IMG/VR virus record: IMGVR_UViG_3300014539_000001
Location: 1 to 35,928 of that record
From: a virus
Length of the DNA: 35,928 nucleotides
Direction: 5' to 3' (one strand)
Made by a program: the position numbers and the translations under genes. Within the stretch, counting starts at the first letter, position 1. The number at the start of each line of letters is the position of its first letter. The notes beneath the pieces were generated by a model. That model saw only the letters and a list, made by a program, of their open reading frames with translations. It had not been told where the DNA came from and made no database searches. This document shows, piece by piece, positions 31,383 to 35,928 of the stretch.

Positions 31383-31700
31383 ATGTCGGCTGTAACAAGA
31401 ATATTAGATACTACTACAGGAATTTGTGATTTAAAATTACCGGATTGCCCACATTCTCGAACAGGAAGCAATAACGAAGGCAGTCCGAATGTATTTGTTA
31501 ATGGTCAGCCTGTTCATCGGCAGGGCGACGGCGGTGCGACTAATTGCCCGCACAGCGGAACTTTTAAAAGTACGAATGGAAGTAGTAGCGTATTTGTAAA
31601 CGGCAGACCGATAACAAGAATTGGCGATACGACAAATTGCTCTGTATGCGGACAGAACGGCACGCACAACAGCGGAAGTGATAACGTATTTGCCGGATAG
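31383..31700 (+). CDS. PAAR-like spike-tip protein.
   Basis: Three repeats of the S.NVFVNG.P..R.GD type, plus Cys/His ligands. Confidence 0.8.
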   Translation: MSAVTRILDTTTGICDLKLPDCPHSRTGSNNEGSPNVFVNGQPVHRQGDGGATNCPHSGTFKSTNGSSSVFVNGRPITRIGDTTNCSVCGQNGTHNSGSDNVFAG

Positions 31701-31712
31701 AGGAGTGTTTTT

Positions 31713-32237
31713 ATGGCGGTAATCGGAAGTTTAGGAACAGTTATTTTTCAGGTTAGTAACGACAGTTTATTTAGTGGAAAAGGAATGGGTGCAGTTGGCA
31801 GTTTATTAAATATGGCGACCAATCAGAAAGGCATCATATACAGAACCCCAAAAAACTATCAGAGAAAATCTTCCGCGCGTTGGGCAGTACATGATATTAT
31901 CGGTCAAAAACCCGTTTCCGAATTTATTGGAGCAGGATTGGAAAGTTTTTCTTTTGGTTTAACATTGGATGCTGAACTCGGCACAAATCCAAACAAGGAA
32001 CTTGAAAAACTTAGGCAAATGCGCGATACCGGTGAAAAAGTATTTTTGATTTTAGGAAATAAACCTGTGTTAAAAAATGGAGCACGCGTTTATATAACGG
32101 ATATCAGTGAAAATGTAATAAGAACAAATAAAAACGGCAAAATAACGGCAATTGATGTATCCGTTTCACTTCAGGAGTATACATTGCGGCAAGAGGAGAT
32201 GTTTATAAGTGGTAATAGTACAAATAAATCTGGCTGA
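31713..32237 (+). CDS. Tail protein, P2 gpU-like.
   Basis: ..ARWAVHDIIGQKPVSEFIGAGLESFSFGLTLDAELG...LEKLRQM.. parallels the gpU pattern. Confidence 0.6.
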   Translation: MAVIGSLGTVIFQVSNDSLFSGKGMGAVGSLLNMATNQKGIIYRTPKNYQRKSSARWAVHDIIGQKPVSEFIGAGLESFSFGLTLDAELGTNPNKELEKLRQMRDTGEKVFLILGNKPVLKNGARVYITDISENVIRTNKNGKITAIDVSVSLQEYTLRQEEMFISGNSTNKSG

Positions 32238-32547
32238 GCCGCAAAAAATAGATTTTGCACCGGCAAATATGATATTAGAAGTAGCGCAGAACGTTTATAC
32301 ACTTCTTGCTACAGATAAATATACTGTTCCTTTAGATCGTAATTTCGGCTTATCTACAACCTTAATCGACCAGCCAATAAATTTAGTACAGGCACAGCTT
32401 CGAGCTGAAATACTGGAGGCCGTAGCACAATACGAGCCACGTTTTATAGTGGAAGAAATTAATTTTATAAAAAGTACAAAATTAAAAGAAGGCGTTTTAT
32501 ATCCGACGATAAAAGGAAGAATAAACGATGAATACACAATAAATTGA
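32209..32547 (+). CDS. Baseplate wedge protein, GPW/gp25 family.
   Basis: ..VPLDRNFGLSTTLIDQPIN..AQLRAEILEAVAQYEPRF.. is the gp25 signature. GTG start with SD GAGGAG. Confidence 0.8.
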   Translation: MVIVQINLAEPQKIDFAPANMILEVAQNVYTLLATDKYTVPLDRNFGLSTTLIDQPINLVQAQLRAEILEAVAQYEPRFIVEEINFIKSTKLKEGVLYPTIKGRINDEYTIN

Positions 32548-33721
32548 AGAAATTTTAAATTCTATTTTCGACTATGATACAGATGAAAATAATCAAATAA
32601 CTTTTGTTAATATAAATACGGATTTAATCCAAGAAACAATAATAAGCCTGTATGAAAAAATTACGGGACGAACGCTTGAAAGAGCAGACCCTATTAGATT
32701 ATTTATCTTGAGTATATGTTATATAGTTATTTTGCTGTTGAAAGTAATTAACTATACGGGAAAACAAAATTTGCTAAGATATTCGGCAGGCAAATATCTA
32801 GACGAACTCGGATATCTAATGGACACAGAGCGTCTATCTGCAACAGCGGCGCAGACAACGATAAAAGTTACGCTTTCGGATACATTTACGAAAGATACTG
32901 TAATACCAAAAGGAATAAGAGTTTCTCCAGATGGAAATATTTATTTTTCAACCGATGAAGTTCTTATAATCGGCGCCGGCAAAAAAGAGGGCACAGTCTC
33001 TGCGACATGTACAGAGCTCGGTACAATCGGCAACGGTTTTCTGCCGGGGCAGATAAAATTAATAATCGATCCGAACCCGTATGTGCAGGCAATGGAAAAC
33101 ACGACACTTTCCGAAGGCGGCAGCGAAATTGAGGAAGACGACGTATACAGAGAGCGTATCCATAATTCACCCGAAAAATTTTCTGTTGCAGGACCGGATG
33201 GAGCATATGAATTTTGGGCCCGCAGTGCATCGGCACTGATTGAGGATGTACGTGTAGTTTCTCCTGTGCCGGGAGATGTAGATATTTATGCAATACTTCA
33301 GGGCGGTGAGCTTCCACAGCAGGAACTTTTGGACGAAATTTACACTATATGCAATGATAAAAAAATACGGCCATTGACGGACCATGTATTTGTAAAAACG
33401 CCGGAAGTTATAAAATACGATATAAATGTAACGTATTTTGTGCATATAGATGACCAGTACAAACTTACGGAAATAAGTGCGGCGGTAGAAAGTGCCATAA
33501 ATAATTTTGCGCTATGGACTAAAAGTAAAATCGGCAGAGATATAAATATAACCGAACTTCACAGTAGAATTTTAGCCGCTGGCGTGAAGCGTGTTGATAT
33601 AAAAATTCCGCAATATACGCAAATACTGGAAGGCGATAACACGAAAAAAATAATTGACCCGGTACAGCTCGCGGTAGCGGAAAATATAACAATAACTTAT
33701 GGCGGTATTGAGTATGATTAA
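32528..33721 (+). CDS. Baseplate J-like protein, with an in-frame TAA at codon 5 (32540-32542). The canonical-start ORF begins only at 32708.
   Basis: The frame is open from 32543. It encodes ITFVN...LYEKITGRTLERADPIRLFI...GKQNLLRYSAGKYLDELG, the conserved baseplate-J N-terminus, with no ATG/GTG/TTG in it. ATG 32528 (SD AAGGAAG) gives MNTQ and then TAA. Confidence 0.8.
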
Positions 33722-34367
33722 AATAGACGATATCCAATTTGACAAAATCCTGCCCTACAGCATAAAAAATGATGAAACAGTTAAAAATATAGTGCAGGTT
33801 TTAGATAAAACTTTTAATAAGATAAGTGCCAATATAGATAAGGTACTGCTTTGGGACAAAATAGATGTTTTACCCGAAGAAATTTTGGACCTGCTGGCAT
33901 ATCAATTGAAAGTAGACTATTACGATATCATGATGCCGACAGTAGAGCAAAAAAGAATATTAATAAAAGACTCCATACGGCAGCACAAAATAAAAGGGAC
34001 ACCGGCAGCAGTAGAAAAGCTGGTGTCCTTTTACTTTGAGTCAGCGAAAACATTGGAAAATTGGGAATATGAAGGAGGAGAAGCGTATCATTTCAAGATA
34101 ATCGATATACTTGCGCCGATGCCGAGTATACGAATGCTAATGGACCTGATAAAAGTTATTTATACGAGTAAAAATACGCGTTCTTGGTGCGATGAAGTAC
34201 GCTTCCAACGGAACTATAGCAAGACGATTTATTACGGTGCCTATACAAATATGTATAAAAAAATAATTTTAAGACCGCATGTGTTTGATAAGGATAAACT
34301 TATAGGAATAACTTACATGACTGGATATACCAATATGTATAAGAAAGTGGGGATAAAAAATGCCTAA
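33699..34367 (+). CDS. Tail protein I (P2 gpI-like).
   Basis: ILPYSIKNDE...LLWDKIDVLPEEILDLLAYQLKVDYY...KRILIKDSIRQHKIKGTPAAV. Alternative start at ATG 33714. Confidence 0.8.
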   Translation: MAVLSMIKIDDIQFDKILPYSIKNDETVKNIVQVLDKTFNKISANIDKVLLWDKIDVLPEEILDLLAYQLKVDYYDIMMPTVEQKRILIKDSIRQHKIKGTPAAVEKLVSFYFESAKTLENWEYEGGEAYHFKIIDILAPMPSIRMLMDLIKVIYTSKNTRSWCDEVRFQRNYSKTIYYGAYTNMYKKIILRPHVFDKDKLIGITYMTGYTNMYKKVGIKNA

Positions 34368-35928
34368 TATAGAAGGATACAAACTTACCAATAAAGGTAA
34401 TGCGCTTCAGATAAAGGTTGAAGCTGGAAAATGTAAATTAGATATAACTAAATTAAAACTTGGTAGCGGTACGGCAAGCGGCGATATTGTAAATTTAACG
34501 GATTTAGTAAAAGTTGAACAAACTGTACCGATTTCCAAAATAGAGGTAATAGACGATTACACATGTCGTATAACGGGGCTTGTAACTAATCAGGGGCTTA
34601 ATAAAACGTATTATATCCGCGAAATCGGACTGTATGCACAGGACCCGGACGACGGCGAAATACTATATCTTGTGGCGGTTGATAAAAATCCCGACGTAAT
34701 GCCGGCAGACAATTACCAAATGATTATAAGCCAAGAATTTAACATAGACGTAGTAGTAAGCAATGTCGACAGCGTAAACGTAACCAGCCAGCCCGTACAT
34801 TTAATAACGGATGACGAATTAAACAAAAAAATAGAAGAACACAATACATCTGCAAATCCGCATGAAAATATATTTAAACGTGTGCTTATAACCGAAGCAA
34901 AAACCGCTGCAAATACCTCAGACTGGAACATGTTGATTGAAAGTCGCACCTATAAGATATCAGGAGCAACATTTGCCGCGGATAAACATCAGCCGGTCGG
35001 AGCAGTCGGCACCGGTGAACTAGTAGTATTGAAAAATGGAGATGATACCATAGCACAGGTGTATTATGCAAACTCTGCCGCCTACGACAAAGCAGGCGCA
35101 TACCACAGAATGTGTATTAGTGGAGCGTGGACGGATTGGGTGTATAACATAACTAATAAAGGCGGTAATGTAACTGGAGATTTTAATATAAATGGGAAGT
35201 TGACCGTCGATAGTGTACAAGTAAATGATAGACTTATGATCGGTGAAATAGACCCTGCACATCCAGATACAAGCAATTTTTTGACACCTGAAGATTTGAA
35301 AAAGATACAAGACCAAATAATAGCACCACAACAAACTATTTACGTAGACCAAAAAAATGGAAATGATAATAATGATGGAACAATTTCTAATAAAGCGTTT
35401 AGAACACTAAATAAAGCAATAGCTTCTATACGACAAGATATTCCTACATTAGCAATAAATTTAAAAACATATACAGAAGAAAAAGATAGAATGTATAATA
35501 CATTCTATCTAGATGAACCCATAAATTTTAGTAACACGTATCAATCTCCGTATAGAGCGATACGCGTTAGTAAGCAATTTAGTATATCTGCTACATGGGA
35601 AAATTATATAAGCAATAATATTGTAGCTAAGATAGTAGCACCTTATGGAAAAGTAAGTACAGGAGATAAAATAGATAATACATTATTATACGCATGGGGA
35701 AATATATTGTTTATAGCCCCCAAGTGTGATTTAAAGTTTGTTGCAGTAAATTTTGCTTTTCCAGAAGACGTGCAAAATGATAGTAAATTTACCAACACAT
35801 TATTTTATCAGCTTGTTGGTAGTTTAGAAATCCAGAATATACAGGGAAATACATTACAAATTCCCGCTAATTGTTCCTTATTAAATGCGTATTATGGAAC
35901 AACAATAGATAGAGTGGAATTTTCCCAA
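34360..35928 (+). CDS. Tail fibre. The N-terminal constant part plus the currently expressed C-terminal cassette. It runs off the window end and continues at 100-330.
   Basis: ATG 34360 overlaps the gpI stop. The N-terminus MPNIEGYKLTNKGNALQ...LGSGT resembles the P2 gpH N-terminal domain. No stop before 35928. The C-terminal IYVDQKNGNDNNDGT motif is typical of a beta-helix N-cap. Confidence 0.85.
   Translation, partial: MPNIEGYKLTNKGNALQIKVEAGKCKLDITKLKLGSGTASGDIVNLTDLVKVEQTVPISKIEVIDDYTCRITGLVTNQGLNKTYYIREIGLYAQDPDDGEILYLVAVDKNPDVMPADNYQMIISQEFNIDVVVSNVDSVNVTSQPVHLITDDELNKKIEEHNTSANPHENIFKRVLITEAKTAANTSDWNMLIESRTYKISGATFAADKHQPVGAVGTGELVVLKNGDDTIAQVYYANSAAYDKAGAYHRMCISGAWTDWVYNITNKGGNVTGDFNINGKLTVDSVQVNDRLMIGEIDPAHPDTSNFLTPEDLKKIQDQIIAPQQTIYVDQKNGNDNNDGTISNKAFRTLNKAIASIRQDIPTLAINLKTYTEEKDRMYNTFYLDEPINFSNTYQSPYRAIRVSKQFSISATWENYISNNIVAKIVAPYGKVSTGDKIDNTLLYAWGNILFIAPKCDLKFVAVNFAFPEDVQNDSKFTNTLFYQLVGSLEIQNIQGNTLQIPANCSLLNAYYGTTIDRVEFSQ
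35186..35212. repeat. Inverted repeat IR-A (expressed-gene copy), partner 1223-1249.
   Basis: 26/27 identity in inverted orientation. Marks the constant/variable boundary (NINGKLTVD). Confidence 0.85.
35312..35348. repeat. Inverted repeat IR-B (expressed-gene copy), partner 1111-1147.
   Basis: 35/37 identity in inverted orientation (QIIAPQQTIYVD). Confidence 0.9.
35830..35928. repeat. Terminal direct repeat (copy 2), identical to 1-99.
   Basis: Read directly. Confidence 0.95.

Noticed and set aside
32540-32542. Stop-codon reassignment (an alternative genetic code) as the explanation for the in-frame TAA in baseplate J.
   Set aside because: All other recognisable genes end at TAA/TAG/TGA at the expected lengths and show no internal stops. 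A single lesion or local recoding is more parsimonious.
34360-35928. A diversity-generating retroelement targeting the tail fibre.
   Set aside because: There is no reverse transcriptase anywhere, and no template/variable repeat pair with adenine-specific differences. The repeats found are inverted and bound whole alternative cassettes.
1-35928. CRISPR arrays, tRNA/tmRNA genes, integrase/attP, transposases or IS elements.
   Set aside because: No regularly spaced 25-40-nt repeats, no cloverleaf-like T-arm motifs (GGTTCGA-type), and no recombinase or transposase motifs were seen on either strand. These were checked by eye only.

Overview
The window is one complete, circularly closed phage genome, not a chromosomal fragment. 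Bases 1-99 are identical to 35830-35928, so the unique length is about 35,829 bp, and the break point lies inside the tail-fibre gene.

Layout:
- 100-330: tail-fibre 3-prime end.
- 357-1249 (-): a start-less, inverted alternative tail-fibre C-terminal cassette.
- 1280-2855: lysis cluster (YfiM-like exported protein, XhlA-like protein, small holin-like protein, GH25 endolysin).
- 2950-3669: orphan beta-class DNA methyltransferase.
- 3855-4335: two ORFs that overlap almost completely in different frames.
- 4417-5960: an RNA-rich, nearly ORF-free region with face-to-face consensus promoters, a roughly 80-nt antisense sRNA and 600 bp of structured sequence.
- 6298-7490: ParA, an RHH partner and AAATGTAT iterons.
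- 7690-8041: a par/Fst-like type I toxin-antitoxin.
- 8332-10486 (-): three membrane-protein moron cassettes.
- 10704-11396: CI-like/Cro-like switch with ACCGCAA operators.
- 12325-16639: early genes (HUH rolling-circle Rep, RecU-like resolvase, small proteins, ArpU-like late regulator).
- 16653-35928: late operon. It holds Nu1-like TerS, GpA-type TerL, gpW, a lambda-type portal and a protease-capsid fusion. The P2/Mu-like contractile tail follows: sheath, tube, E/E-prime chaperone, tape measure, X, D, V, PAAR, U, W/gp25, J, I and the fibre.

I found no integrase, transposase, invertase, tRNA or CRISPR array. The best reading is a temperate myovirus kept as a plasmid (a phage-plasmid). The host is probably a low-GC diderm, because two exported proteins end in OMP-type beta-signals.

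Most interesting observations:
1. A Mu-G/P1-C-style invertible host-range cassette that spans the circular junction but has no cis-encoded recombinase.
2. The convergent-promoter / antisense-RNA / large structured RNA region at 5018-5960.
3. The dual-coding TM-protein / lipoprotein pair downstream of the lysis genes.
4. The unannotated type I TA, with a 16-nt direct repeat and complementary terminator loops.
5. A consensus promoter plus leader terminator in front of the late operon.
6. Three apparent lesions: an ochre codon at codon 5 of baseplate J, and two homopolymer frameshifts.

All family assignments come from motif recognition by eye. No database search was run.
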